Below are positions 1 to 13,716 of a stretch of DNA of 64,000 nucleotides, one piece after another. Each line of letters opens with the position of its first letter. The first letter of the stretch is position 1. The position numbers and the translations under genes are program-made. The notes beneath the pieces were generated by a model. It worked only from the letters and a program-made list of their open reading frames with translations, did no database searches and was not told where the DNA came from. Origin of the DNA: Octopus vulgaris (taxonomy: Eukaryota); NCBI GenBank assembly GCA_951406725.2, contig OX597820.1, positions 62,744,001 through 62,808,000 of the forward strand, written 5' to 3'.

Positions 1-961
1 AATGAATGAGTTTACATTTAATAACCAGTTGAGACACTCCGCTAAAATGTTTTAGGGCTTACTTCTAGTCCTAGTTGTATTTTACATTTTACATTTTTTT
101 CTTCTTGTATAAAACCTATGAATTTACTCTCAGGTCACATTAATGGATGTTGAAGTGAAAACTTTCACCTCATACTGTGTTTCTAGTTCTCATTGGATTC
201 AATGAGCCATGCATTTCGGCTTGTTTCTCTCAATCTACTGTTAGTTTCTATTTAATTATAAATAGATCCAGACGTTCTTTATGAAATGTCTTATATTTAA
301 GCCGCGACTAAATATTAAGTCGGCAAGAGCTTGAGTCTATTTTTCTTTTAAATATAACTAATTATATAAGTACACCTCAAAATATAGAAAAAACAAAGAG
401 TGTTTCAGATGTGTTGCTTGATATACATCAATAGGTATGTATACAACACTCTATACATATTATATACGTCTGCATACTTACATATGTATGTGCAAACATA
501 TATATATATATACGCACAAATATAAACATACATATATATACACACAAATATACAGTTAAATCATGCGTTTAATAATTTTTCTATCGTCTTGTCTTAACAG
601 TTCTCACTGTTTGTTTTTACAGCATTGTTTTCACTGTCCTGTTCTTCTTACTACTTTCACCCCACGCAAAAATTCCCAATTTGATTTGCTTTGCGGGAAG
701 GACTGCTTCAACGAAGTCGCGTATTGTCCTTGCCTTCCTACCGCGGAGCAGATGAAACGAGAACAACTGATGAAGGGGAATATTCTTTATGTTGCATGTC
801 TCGTTTCTCTGTTTCTCCTTTATTTTGCAGGGTTCCTAAAACATATTTATATTAATTCTTCATAATTTGCTGGTAGTTTGTAAGCATAAATTTGAGAATA
901 TGAAAATAATATTTGTATATGGTGTATTGTAAAGTTGTGGAAAGAAATCCCATAAAACTCA

Positions 962-1815
962 AAAATTTAGTTTAAAATAGAGAAGAGAAGCAAGATTGGC
1001 TGTGTGCTTTACCAACGACATGGTTCCAGGATCAGTCTCACACACATGTGTGTGTGTGCGTGTATGTGTGTGTGTATGTTTCTGTGTCTGTATTTGTCCC
1101 CTCCACCACCATCGCTTGACAACAGATGCTGGTTTGTTTACGTTCACGTAACTTAGCGGTTCAGCAAAATACACCGATAGAATAAGTACCAGGCTTACAA
1201 CGATTAATTTCTGTGATCGAGTTGTTCGACTAAAGGCGGTGCTCCAGCATGGCCGTAGTCAGATGACTGAAACAAACAAATGAATAAAAGAATAAGATGT
1301 TAAAATATGTAAGAGGATGTTAATTTATGCAGGCGATCGTTTCGTACAGAGATATAAAATCATGCAAATTCATGGTTGTATTCAAGTAAATTAAATTAAT
1401 TAAATTAATTATATATTAATGTGCTCTTCAGTACAAGAAGTATAAACAATATTTTTACAAAGAACTTGAGAAAGAAAACAGCAGAATATAATCTAGGAGA
1501 TTCACATAACCATTATAGCGTTTAGTCCATTTTAGTACATAACTGGACTCACATCTTTTCTTTTTACTCATAAGAATAAATATGAATGACCTTGATTCTA
1601 TTCTGCTGTTTCCTTTCTCAAGTTCTTTGTAAGAATTTTGTTTATACTTCTTGCACTGAAATACTGATATATACTTAATTTGATTGATTTAAATTACATC
1701 AATTCAACCATGAATTTGCATGATTTTTATGTCTCTGTACGAAACGATCGGCTGCAGGAATTCAAATTCTCTTATATATTTTAACATCTTCTCTTCTCCA
1801 TTTTTAACTAACTTG
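962..1815. mobile_element. Fold-back element with a degenerate hammerhead motif in each arm; left arm interrupted by a SINE
   Basis: About 1293-1505 is the diverged reverse complement of about 1580-1790. The left arm resumes at about 962-990 (tagtttaaaatagagaagagaag), matching 1788-1812. Left arm, minus strand: tgta CTGAAGA GCAC...GTAC GAAAC gatc GCC tgca. Right arm, plus strand: tgca CTGAAA TAC...GTAC GAAAC gatc GGC tgca. Confidence 0.75.
991..1297 (+). mobile_element. tRNA-derived SINE (CORE-type family), internally deleted
   Basis: Head ttaccaacgacatggttccaggatcagtc, (TG)n, body ccaccaccatcgcttgacaac, and 3' end aaggcggtgctccagcatggccgtagtcagatgactgaaac, as in the copy at 47585-47960. Confidence 0.8.
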
Positions 1816-1838
1816 TGAATCCATAAATTCACATCATA

Positions 1839-1887
<49 letters not shown>

Positions 1888-1984
1888 CGGGAAGCTTTAT
1901 GAAAATAAACAAAAGACGAAGGCAGGTGGAATACAAACAAACAATTGTATTAGCATGGCGCTCAGGAATATAAATAAAACAAGT

Positions 1985-2020
1985 CTTTTACGTTTCGAGC
2001 CTACGCTCTTCGACAGAAAG
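1985..2020 (-). ncRNA. Degenerate minimal hammerhead-like motif in a dispersed repeat (second copy 19505-19540, plus)
   Basis: cttt CTGT(C/T)GA A GAG cgtagg CTC GAAAC GTA aaag. A6 of the CUGANGA core is mutated in both copies. Confidence 0.4.
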
Positions 2021-2046
2021 ATACACAGGAAAGAAACACGGAGAGA

Positions 2047-2109
<63 letters not shown>

Positions 2110-2214
2110 AACACAAATATATACAAATAAGTCCTGAGGTCAATTTCTTCGAATAAAAAGGTTGTGCTCCAGCACAGCCACAATCAAATGACTGCAACGA
2201 ATAAAAGCATAAAA

Positions 2215-2264
<50 letters not shown>

Positions 2265-2286
2265 AAAGAGATAGAGATAGAGATAG

Positions 2287-2344
<58 letters not shown>

Positions 2345-2893
2345 AAAATGAGAGAAACAGAAAATGAATTCACAAGATTCTGTATTAATCCCAACGAGCA
2401 CTTCAATATGTATGCGCACGCGCGTATGTGTGTATCAAGTATTTCAATACTTCGGTAGAAATACCTGCTAGGAAGAATATATATATTTATAGATATATGC
2501 GCTTAAATGTATCTATGTATCTACACATGCCTGTGTGTATTGAGTGCGAAATCTACTTGATTTGATTTACCTATATATGCATCTACGCTGTTATGTGAGG
2601 TCGTTCATATATCATTGTATGTACACGTAAGGAAATGTGATTGTATATGATTCGAATTATATATACAAGGTAAAGTGTAATTTATCTTCGGAAACACTTC
2701 CATATTTTATGTCTCCAACAGCGGTTATATTCGCTATATTCTTCCTGCATCTCTATGGAAATACATGTATACCTAAATATTTATCACAGAGACAGACACA
2801 CACACACACACACACACACAGACACACTCACACACACACACACATATATATATGTATGCATATGAATGTGTGTATGTGTATGTGGGCATGTAC

Positions 2894-2953
<60 letters not shown>

Positions 2954-3454
2954 GTTTATCAATTTGTGTTGCAAGATTGGTAAATTGGTAATGTGAACTC
3001 GAGTTTTGAAATAGATATTGTTGTATTTCGAAATGGCCATTTTCTATTTGCTAAATAAAGACACGTACTCTATCGTTTACTACCGTTCTTTTTCTAACTC
3101 ATGTCCATTGTCCAGAAATATTTCGTCGCACATCTGTGACCTCCTCACCAACACTTTCCGTCTTCGTGTGTGCTCTTGCTCTGCTTATTCCATTCTGTTC
3201 TTCTTTGAAGTATATCCATATATGCGCATGCGACTGCGTGTGTGTTTGTTTTCAAGTGTGTGTGTGTGTTTGTGTGATGTGTTTGCGCGTGTGTGTGCGT
3301 GATTGTTCTTAGTTGCACTATGATCCTCCCTTTATACTCATCTCCTACCCTGTTGCCGCTCCTGCTGCCCTTGAACCCGACTTTCTGTGAAAGAAGCCCG
3401 TCGTTTATATGTACACAACTAAAACATAATATGTGCTAAGGGTATATTCTTTCC

Positions 3455-3534
3455 CTCTCTGATGAGATTAAGCTCAGAAATATGATTTTGATATTTTTAA
3501 ATTCCACTGTGCTTAACTGAAACAGCTGTAGAGA
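3455..3534 (+). ncRNA. Type I hammerhead ribozyme motif (one nucleotide missing at the cleavage site)
   Basis: ctct CTGATGA GA TTAAGC t CAG...CTG t GCTTAA CT GAAAC agct GTA gag. Long stem II; palindromic stem III (ACAGCTGT). Confidence 0.7.
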
Positions 3535-3567
3535 TAACGATCGATTTTTGTTACTCAATTATCTTTT

Positions 3568-3775
3568 TATTTGTTTCAGTTATTTGACTGCAGTCATGTC
3601 GGAGCACCGCCTTTAGTCGAACAAATAGACCCCAGACCTTATTTCTTGTAATCCTTGTACTGTATCGGGATCTCTTGGCGAACCGCACTAATTTACGGGG
3701 ATGTAAACACACCATCATCGGTTGCCAAGCGAATGTGGGGGAACAAAGTGACACACACACACAACCCACACACAC
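3568..3775 (-). mobile_element. SINE 3' half (CORE-type family)
   Basis: ttgtttcagttatttgactgcagtcatgtcggagcaccgcctttagtcgaac...ggttgccaagcga matches other copies in the window. Confidence 0.7.
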
Positions 3776-4555
3776 ACACATATATATATAGGTATATACA
3801 TTAAAGTGTATGTATGTTTTTATGCATCTCTGCTTGTGTGTGACTGTGTCTATGTTTGTCTCGCCCACCGTAACTTGACAACCGATGTTGTGGGGTCTAC
3901 GTTCCCGTAATCTAACTGTTCATCAAAACTGACCGATGGAATAAATATTAGGCTTAAAATGAGTCTGAGAACGAAATGTTCGATAAAAACTCTTCATCGT
4001 GGCACTCCAGCTTGGCAGCAGACAAATGACAATTGAAGGAACAAAAGAATAGAAAAATATATATGGAAGACAAACAGAAGACGTGTAATTCTTCATTAGT
4101 TATCGATCAATTGATAATATGCAGTTGAGCAGTTTTAACGATAAGACTGAGCGCTTCCCAATTGTCGGTGCCCGCAAAAACAAAATAGAAAAAAAAAAGG
4201 CTTTCTTGCAGAGAATTAGGGACAAGAGTAAAGAAAACAAAACTAACCAGGCAAAACGACACAGTGCGTGATTTAGGACGGTTGACGAGGACGAACATTC
4301 GAATAAAACGCAGCCTTGGGGACCAAGGAGACGAGAATAGTGGGTAGCGCTTAGAAAATGTCTTTTGCCGAAACGCACAAGCTACGAGAATGTAAACACA
4401 CTAACATCAGTGTCAAACGATGCCAGGGAAGGGGGACAGAAACACACACACACACATACATACATACATATATACATACATACATACATACATACATACA
4501 TACATACATACATACGTACATAAACATACATACATATATATATACACACACACGC

Positions 4556-4592
<37 letters not shown>

Positions 4593-4627
4593 ATATATAT
4601 GCCAGAAGGCATTATACATACATCAAA

Positions 4628-4666
<39 letters not shown>

Positions 4667-5066
4667 TCGGTATTTAAATAACGATTTTTATCCTTATTTA
4701 TATAAATTTATATATTTATTTCGTCATTATATTCACTGCCATGCTATTTTGACCATATCGCACGAGGAGTTTTAAGCGGGCAATTTAAGCTGGTGTTGTG
4801 CATACGTGCATATATACGTATGTATACGTTCGTATATGTAAGTATTCGTATGTTGTATATATATATATGTATTTATGTGCTATCTGAGTATATTTCCCAG
4901 ATGAAGGCAGAGCATTTCTAACGCAGAGTCAGAAAACCGGGATCTGGAATTATTCAGTTTCATTTTTTTTTCTAGTTTATTTTGTTTAATTTGGTTTTAG
5001 AGTCAAGTTTTGGCTGCTATTTCCAGCGTAGTGGTGTCTCTTAGATACCCTAAATCATATATATAT

Positions 5067-5131
<65 letters not shown>

Positions 5132-5171
5132 TATGTTTATACATTCATACATACGTACAATCATGCATACA

Positions 5172-5227
<56 letters not shown>

Positions 5228-5238
5228 TGAGTATGTGA

Positions 5239-5291
<53 letters not shown>

Positions 5292-5822
5292 CAAACACAC
5301 ACCCATATACATACACACAATTAGTGATAAAATTTTATAGTAACTAAGGTATTGCTAATCGGTAAGTATTGCTCAGATGAATCTAAATCTTAAGTCACGT
5401 CTTGATTAGGACTAACAGAACGATAGAATTTGAGTGGATACAGCTGCAGAATGACAGCAAACGACAACAGGCGTAAGGGATATATTCATAAGAGTAGTTG
5501 AAAAGTTGCATAAGAAGTTTATTTGATATAAAGTCTTATATGTACAGATGCTTCAAACAAACGATAAGTGATTGACATAACAATGCGTATTATGCGAGGT
5601 GATGTATCACTTGGGTTATAATGAAGGTACATATAAAAGCAAAACAAAGTAGCATCTGGCATGGAATTCGTACACAAAAATCAAGAGATCTTCAGAATCC
5701 GAGAAAGCAATTGTCAGTCCCTCTCCTTACATACCTCAACATATTCATGTAAATACAGATACACACATATACACATACATACATGCATATATATATATAT
5801 GAATACATACATACATACGTAC

Positions 5823-5859
<37 letters not shown>

Positions 5860-5874
5860 CATACATATATATAT

Positions 5875-6363
5875 ATGTATATATATATATAAGTAGACAA
5901 AATATACAACAAGGCACCAATATTAACTGGAAAATAGCAATCGATATAAATACGACACTATTGTATAGCTTCACTGCGTATTTACTAGCAAAGACGTGTG
6001 TGTGTGCAACAAACATGAAAAAAATTGTCTTACATCTAGGAAGAACATTCGATAAATGGACAACATTGTATCGGATACTGCCGTTACTATTCAGTTGGCT
6101 AATATCCTTTATATTATGGAGCAGTCACTGTCTATATCTCATTTAGAGAATTATTATTGCTATATATATGTATATATATATATAAGTAGACAAAATATAC
6201 AACAAGCACAATATTTACTGGAAAATAGCAATCGATATAAATACGACACTATTGTATAGCTTCACTGCGTATTTACTAGAAAGACGTGTGTTGCAACAAA
6301 CATGAAAAAAATGGTCTTACATCTAGAAGAACATTCGATAAATGGACAACATTGTATCGGATA
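5875..6363. repeat. Direct duplication of about 190 bp (period about 294 bp)
   Basis: aagtagacaaaatatacaacaag...caacattgtatcggata occurs at about 5891-6077 and again at about 6185-6363. Confidence 0.85.
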
Positions 6364-6365
6364 AT

Positions 6366-6433
6366 GGAGGACCGGTTTCTAACTCTTCAAATACGTTTGA
6401 CAACGTAAATTTGATTAGTCTTCATCAGCTGCC
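6366..6433 (-). ncRNA. Type I hammerhead ribozyme motif
   Basis: Minus strand: gg(c)ag CTGATGA A GACT aa TCAAA...TTTGA ag AGTT A GAAAC cg GTC ctcc. Intact core, GUC cleavage triplet, palindromic ACCGGT stem III. Confidence 0.65.
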
Positions 6434-6495
6434 TCTACCTAGACAAAATTTCAAATGTTGCCACATCAATGCTAGTGCACTCGTCTGAACCTCAA

Positions 6496-6551
<56 letters not shown>

Positions 6552-7428
6552 AGGTAAATAAGCAAAAGCTTTACTCTTTTGTGAAGATTTTGCTGCTTTA
6601 ATAAACCATGTTACTCTACCTTAGGTATTCGAGTAGTATTTTTCCCCACCTTCTTTAGCATTCACGTGTGTGTGTGTGTCTGCATCTTGGTGGATATTAC
6701 CTTTTCTTTATCAGTAGGATCAAGAAAAACGTTCTCCGTCCAGTGAGAGAATACTACCAATTAATATACACATTATTTAAATATGAACTAATTATAGTTT
6801 TATGCTGTGCAAACATAATAATTCGGCATACAATCTGAGACTCTACAACAAGCGGAGTCATATCACTAGCCACTTTTATCACTGATTTTATTAATATCTA
6901 ATTCGCTGGGTGAGTGTTTGTGCCCCAAAACACGCGTTTGCTTTTGCTTGTTTCTTCGTGAAAGTTTGTACGAGCGAGTGTACGAACGCTAAACAACGGA
7001 AGCAAGAGCTTTTGTACATTCATATCTGCTCACAGTTATATCTTCTTTTTTCCTGTATTATGTATTTGTTTCTTTCTGCAACTGATGGTTGTAATTGATC
7101 TATTATAATGAAGCTGCATGCCGTAATTGGCTGCTTTTTTATGCACATACCAAGAAGAAACCTTGCGAAACAGACCTCATTTTGACGAGATGCATCTTTT
7201 AATCTACTTAGGAGACACATCTTCACCGACGGATACACTAAAACAGATGTTCAGTATCGCACCCGTGTGGAATTGATGTTAGATATGTCGAAACAAGTGT
7301 AGTGACCAATAAACACACTTGTATATTCCATTTCTCTCATTAATAAAAATCCCACCGTACACTGGGAAAGTGAACGTGCTTTACTGGCAAACTGTCAGAT
7401 GTATACCATCCGACTTATTAGTAATAAT

Positions 7429-8130
7429 ATACGGGGGAATACTCAAAAGAAACCGGAATTTTGCAAATTAATTTTATTCACCTAGTTTTACATATTTACA
7501 CTTTTATCGCCTTCAAAGTATTCTCCATTTGAAAAAATGCATCAGTCTAGACTCGTTTTCCACTGTTCGAAGAAGTGTTAGAACTCTGCCGTGATGCATT
7601 TTAACTCCTCCATAGTGTTTGTCTTAACCTCTTCCACATCTGCAAATTCCATACTACCAGCTATCGTCACCAGTGATGTCCTTCGAAAAAAGGACCGGAT
7701 GAATTTCCAAATCTTCTTTCAGTTCACGACACTCATTCAATCATAACTGCTTTTGATCTTCTATGAGCAAACGAGGCACCAGTTTTGTTACAACTCCTTT
7801 CATTCACAATTCCACGCTCAAATTTCGTTGGCAGGAGCACAAGTACACATCAGTCATATCAACAAATTCGTCAATTGTTCGATGATGGTCATCAAAAATA
7901 GGTTCATGCATTTTCACGATGTTTTCATTCGTTCGGGAGGTCGATGGACCCTTTGAACAATGCTGGTGTTCAAGGAACAAAATGATCATTCCTAACGCGG
8001 GAAAACTAGTGGTTGTGATTTGCTCATGGCAGCGTTCTTGTAAGCTGTTAGAAGCATTAAACAGAATTTCAAGGAAGCTCGCAGTTCCATCATGTCAGTG
8101 ACCTTGAGAATCGACAGCCAGGGGAAAAAC
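7429..8130 (-). mobile_element. Degenerate mariner (Tc1/mariner) transposon remnant
   Basis: Terminal tacgggggaatactcaaaagaaaccggaattttgca is homologous to the TIR at 51342. Internal sequence matches 51370-51810. A minus-strand fragment PSTSRTNENIVKMHEPIFDDHHRTIDE resembles the mariner HTH linker. Confidence 0.75.
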
Positions 8131-8168
8131 ACTACAAAGCAAAGATGCAACACATATCGTGATATATA

Positions 8169-8285
<117 letters not shown>

Positions 8286-8292
8286 TGTGTGT

Positions 8293-8343
<51 letters not shown>

Positions 8344-8451
8344 ATATATATGTATATATATATAACATATGTATATCTACACATATACATGTGTATCTCT
8401 CTTTCTTTCTCTCTCTAAATATATATACAGAGAGAGAAAGTGAGAGAAAGT

Positions 8452-8485
<34 letters not shown>

Positions 8486-8834
8486 GAGAGATCAGTTGTA
8501 CGATTCGTTAGGATCAAGGTATATCAACATGCAGGGCGCGAGAAATGGATTAGCACATACTATTGACCTTACTGTACGTTGAAGCAGCTCTTATGTGTGA
8601 TTTGTTGGTAGTACACTGTGTATATAAGCACACACACATATGCATCTATCTCGCTATATAAAATATACACACAGAGTGATACTTACTCTTCGCTTTTTAG
8701 CACTAAATGTATGTTTTTGTGTTCGCTGATCCTTTGTAGATGCTGTCCGAGTGGGACTATACAACATTAGACGGTTGTCTCTTTCATCAATGTAATCAAC
8801 GCCATTGACTCTACATTGGCTAACGCGTTGAGAT

Positions 8835-9125
8835 TTTCCTCTCAAGTTCCGGTGACCAGTAAATTTCGCGAAGTATTAGTTTATGTCAATGATGAACAAC
8901 CAGAGCACATCCGAGTTGAATCTAGTGTTCAACAGGGTGATATCTTAGCTCCTCCATTGATCGCCATCACCTTTGCTTTTGTTATCTGCAATCCTTTACG
9001 TACAAATTGCGTCTGTCATCATTCGTTACTGTGCAACAGGAAAGATTTCAACATCCGTCATTTTGCTGCTATAGGGGAAATTTCATGGGTCTCATTCTTG
9101 ATATCCTTTTCACGGATTACAGACA
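8835..9125 (+). pseudogene. RTE-clade LINE reverse transcriptase fragment
   Basis: VESSVQQGDILAPPLIAITF...DFNIRHFAA resembles the RTE/BovB VKQGDVLAPTLF...LFNLRRF region. Confidence 0.65.
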
Positions 9126-9239
9126 TAATACATACATACATACATACATGCATACATACATACATAGATACATGCATACATACGTACATAGACATGCATA
9201 CATGCATACATACATTCAAGCAAACACACTAACACACGC

Positions 9240-9319
<80 letters not shown>

Positions 9320-9436
9320 CTATCTCTGTCTCTCTCTATATATATTTATATATACATATATGAGTGTGTGTGTATATAAATATATGTACGTATGTATATG
9401 TATATATATATATATATACATATACACACATACACA

Positions 9437-9491
<55 letters not shown>

Positions 9492-10453
9492 GTACGCATA
9501 CAAGTGTTACATAAAATACATGAGCGCGTGTGTATTACTGTATGTATGTGTGTATCTATCTATATATAGTGAAGGATAGAAAATCAGAAATATATATCAC
9601 ACACGCACATACACACACACACTATACATAGACAAATGCTAATACACACACATCCACACGCACAAATACACAGACATTCATATGTGTGCATCAGCATGTC
9701 TATGATAAATATAATCATATTATCATTATTATTGTATGCTATTGTATTTTATTGCAGCACCGTGGGCTATTGTTGTCAGTAAATTGATACCTATTAAATT
9801 TAGTTCTGTTCATTGTTTAATATAGTGGCAGATTAATGTGAATAATGCATTGTAGTGTTTGTTTAATGAAGAATTAACTGATGCAGCTGCTTATATATAG
9901 CGATATTTTATAGACGAGCCAATGAGAACCTATTTCTGAGGTCAATCGAACTGCTACAAATAGCAGCAATATCTTACTTGAATCGCATCATGTTGTCTTA
10001 AAAATTGAATACTCATGATCAATAATGGCGGTTTAGGTTCAATATGAATGTTAAAAAATGGAGAAGAACAGAAATCGATGGAACATATTTTAATCAAAAC
10101 GTCTGCCTGATTACTTTTGCCTTATCATTGAAGATTACTGTGTTAATCTAAAATCAAATCTAATCAACATACGCTATGGAACGTAACACGTTAGCTAGAA
10201 ATAGCTGCCAAACATTCTGAAATTGGCAGTTACCGATACTTTTCTAGTTTATCTTTTACATATCTCCGTTATTGGGCTGCAGCCATGTTGGGGTATCGTC
10301 CCATGTTGGGGTTCCCATCTAAATTGGGTATTTATTATACTGCTCCTCTTTGTCGAACTGCTACGTAACAGGGACGTATACAAAATGACAACAGTTGACA
10401 AGTGTTGATGCAGTGCCTACAGCAGTTGCTACCACCAACACCACAACCCCTAC

Positions 10454-10568
10454 GACTGGCGCTCCCGCTACTGGCGCTCCAGCAACTGGCGCTCCCGCTA
10501 CTGGCGCTTCCGCAACTGGCGCTCCCGCTGCTGGCGCTGCCGCTACTGGCGCTCCCGCTACAGGCGCT

Positions 10569-10625
<57 letters not shown>
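10454..10625. repeat. GC-rich 15-bp minisatellite (actggcgctcccgct, about 8 copies) followed by (CTA)n
   Basis: Tandem repeats read directly from the sequence. Confidence 0.9.
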
Positions 10626-10889
10626 AAATTCAGTCACACATTCCATAGCCTCTGTTAATTCAATATCGAAGTCCTGTTACCAATTTTCTACCTCTACACT
10701 TCCCATATTGATTTCTCATCATTTGGGACTGTCAAGTCAAGTAACAGGCACCTTCTATTCTCTTTGTCTAATACCTCAGAGAAGTCGCGTTGCCTGTTTG
10801 TTAGGGTGATGGGATGTCATAAGATCGATGGTTCACTTACCGGCCCGGGTATGTCTTCGAACAAAATACTTTATTTCGCCTTGCACCAG

Positions 10890-11160
10890 TCTATTCGGGG
10901 CTAAGCTAGCATAGTCAAAGTCGGCTGCAACAATCTGGTTACTGCGCCACACTGGAGTGGAACTATCCTAATTATCCTGCAGAACCCACTTTATGCTTAT
11001 GCAAGAAGGGGACAACGTCGTCACATATCGACAACTTGATCGTAGACACAGGTCTGAATTTTACCAAGGACCTATAGGCAGTGATAATGGCCCAAGAAGT
11101 GCAGCGTGCGAACTTTGGTGCTCCGTCCTGGGTTGCAACCCTGTCATAATAATAAAATAA
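10890..11160 (+). pseudogene. Degenerate 3' end of an RTE-type LINE
   Basis: Broken frames resemble the RTE C-terminus (LIIL.EP...RRG....TYIDNLIVDTGL) and end in a (TAA)n-like tail. Confidence 0.5.
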
Positions 11161-13346
11161 TTAACGCAAGCTTACTGCTGGAGTAACCTCGATGTTACGC
11201 TGTTACAAGTACGTGTGGGCTAAAATGTTATCTTTATCTGCCGAGGAAGAAATACGTAGACGCCTGAAGCGGTTAATATAAGCACGGTATGTGCCACTAG
11301 GTCACACTTTTTGCGAGCCAGTGGCAGTTAAACTTATAGCAGACAAAAGGCGTGATGCATTCGTGATTCTTGTTCAGGGCTTCTGAGACAATTAGAAAGA
11401 AAGGAAACAACTAATCATACTCCGAGGATCTGATCTTAATGCTTATGCCAGAAAAACGGCTACAAACGATACAGGGTATGGTGTTTAAACAGGGCAATTG
11501 ATGAAGTCAATTAACGAAGAGCAAGAGTACTGTATATATTTTTACTCTTTTGCTTGTCTCAGCTTTTGATGGCGGCCATGTTGGGACACAACGTTGGAGC
11601 ACAAGTCGACCCCAAAACTTGTTCTTTGTAAGGCAGGTACTTATTCTATCGTCCCTTTTGCCGAAAACCTAAGTTACTGGGACGTAAACACACTAACACC
11701 TTTTGTCAAACGATGGTGGTGGGGACATACACAAACACAAATATATACATATATACACACACACATCCAATCATAAGGCTTTGGTAGGCCAGAGGCTATT
11801 GTGTGTATATATAAATATATGTGTATATATATATATATGCATACATAGATTCATACATAACCGCCCTCTCATCCGCACACACACACACACATGAACTTTT
11901 GTCTTAAATATGTGAGCAGACATACGAAGCGCACTCTCTAATTTCGCTTTCATGCTCTTACACGATGTGATGTAATGGGAAGGATTTTAGAAGACTTGAC
12001 TAATGATGCGAAAGCTAGAATTGGAAGTTCGATTTTAACCGTCAGTTGGACATTAGCTTTACGTAATTTGTTGAAATTATAGTCGAAATGTTGCCGTACT
12101 TAATCGCTTCATCTGCAGGAAATAACAGGGGAATCTGTATTTAACCACAACTTACTGACGAAAAGTACAAATAACCTTATTAGAAAATGCTATCGCAAAA
12201 GAGTGGATGATTTTGGATGGATTAATTTTCATCCAGATTGCTTTTTCCAAGATTGTCCTGTTTTGAGGAACAATTGTAAGTGAAAGAGAGAGCTTTGGTT
12301 AATTGGCTTTACTTGCTAGAAATAACAATGGAATATCTTTCGAATCACATGATTCTGGCACAAATGATTCATCAGATCATCAAGTGCTACACATCGTCTA
12401 AAAATAGGGGCCGATCATTTACTGGAATTAATTAAAAAATAGGATTGTTGGAATCAGCACTGTTTGAATCAGGAAGATAAACGAGAACAAAAAGAACAAA
12501 CATTGGATATAATTAGATCTGTAACATATACTTCGTGTATAGACAACCTATCAGGAAATTAGGAGAAACCAACTAAGAAGGTAAACGAGAAAAAGAGAAG
12601 CAAGCGGAGAGAAGAGCAAGTGAAGACGAGTGGAAGAGTGAAGAGAATGAGGGGAGTGGGCTGAGAGACAAGACGGGGAAAAAGAAAACAAAGATATATT
12701 TTTGGTTCAACGGTAAATCAAAATGTCCGGCGGTATACAGAAATATTCTTACAAACACAAATTCACAAACACACACACACATATCCATATACACACACAT
12801 GCACACGCGAACATGTATTTACATGCACGCACACATGCACAGACACACATATTTACATATACACACAAGCACAAATACACAGATTTACATACACACACAC
12901 ACGCTCATACACAATCCCGTGCACACACATCCACTCTATCTCTCTCTTTCACACACACACAAGTATTTATTAAGCTATACGTATGCTTGTTCAAATATTT
13001 ACGACAAAAAATCTATATGTTCTTGTGAGGGAAAGTGCGCAGTTATGTATGAATGTACATATGTACGTATAAATGCATGTATGTATATTTGTATATATGT
13101 GTGCGAGTGAATGTGTGTGTGTTTGGTTATATATATGTGTGTATGTGCGTGTGCGTTAACTTTAATACAGAGATATACAAACAATTTCCAATAGAATTAG
13201 ACAAAAGCAACGTTGCATATCTTTTGTTTCCTGTGTATTTTTTAAAATTATTCGTACATTTCCGATAATTTTAAATCAGAGAAAGCATTAATAACGTTAC
13301 AGCACATTTTATTCCCACCGCCTTACAAACGTTGTTTTCATACACA

Positions 13347-13430
<84 letters not shown>

Positions 13431-13456
13431 CATATATATATATATATATATATAAA

Positions 13457-13685
13457 AGGCGGGGAGCTGGTAGAAACGTTAGCACGCCGGGCGAAATTCG
13501 TAGCCGTATTTCGTCTGTCGTTACGTTCCGAGTTCAAATTCCGCCGAGGCCGACTTTGCCTTTTATCCTTTCGGGGTCGATAAATTAAGTACCAGTTACG
13601 CACTGGGGTCGATGTAGTCGACTTGATCCCTATGTCTGTCCTTGTTTGTCCTCTCTGTGTTTAGCCCCTTGTGGGTAGTAAAGAA

Positions 13686-13688
<3 letters not shown>
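13457..13688 (+). mobile_element. tRNA-derived SINE with a Meta-type central domain
   Basis: ggcggggagctggtagaaacgttagc head, B-box gagttcaaattcc, and gactttgccttttatcctttcggggtcgataaattaagtacc, which resembles the Meta domain of MetaSINEs. Confidence 0.8.

Positions 13689-13716
<28 letters not shown>

Noticed and set aside
767-830. CTGATGAAGGG at about 767 and about 41973 as hammerheads
   Set aside because: No downstream GAAA with a closing stem II or cleavage triplet.
4895-4950. cccAGATGAAGGC...tcAGAAAAccggGATC hammerhead-like motif; also CTGACGA GACGTGT...ACACGT near 14147-14235
   Set aside because: Too many core positions are altered or missing to call.
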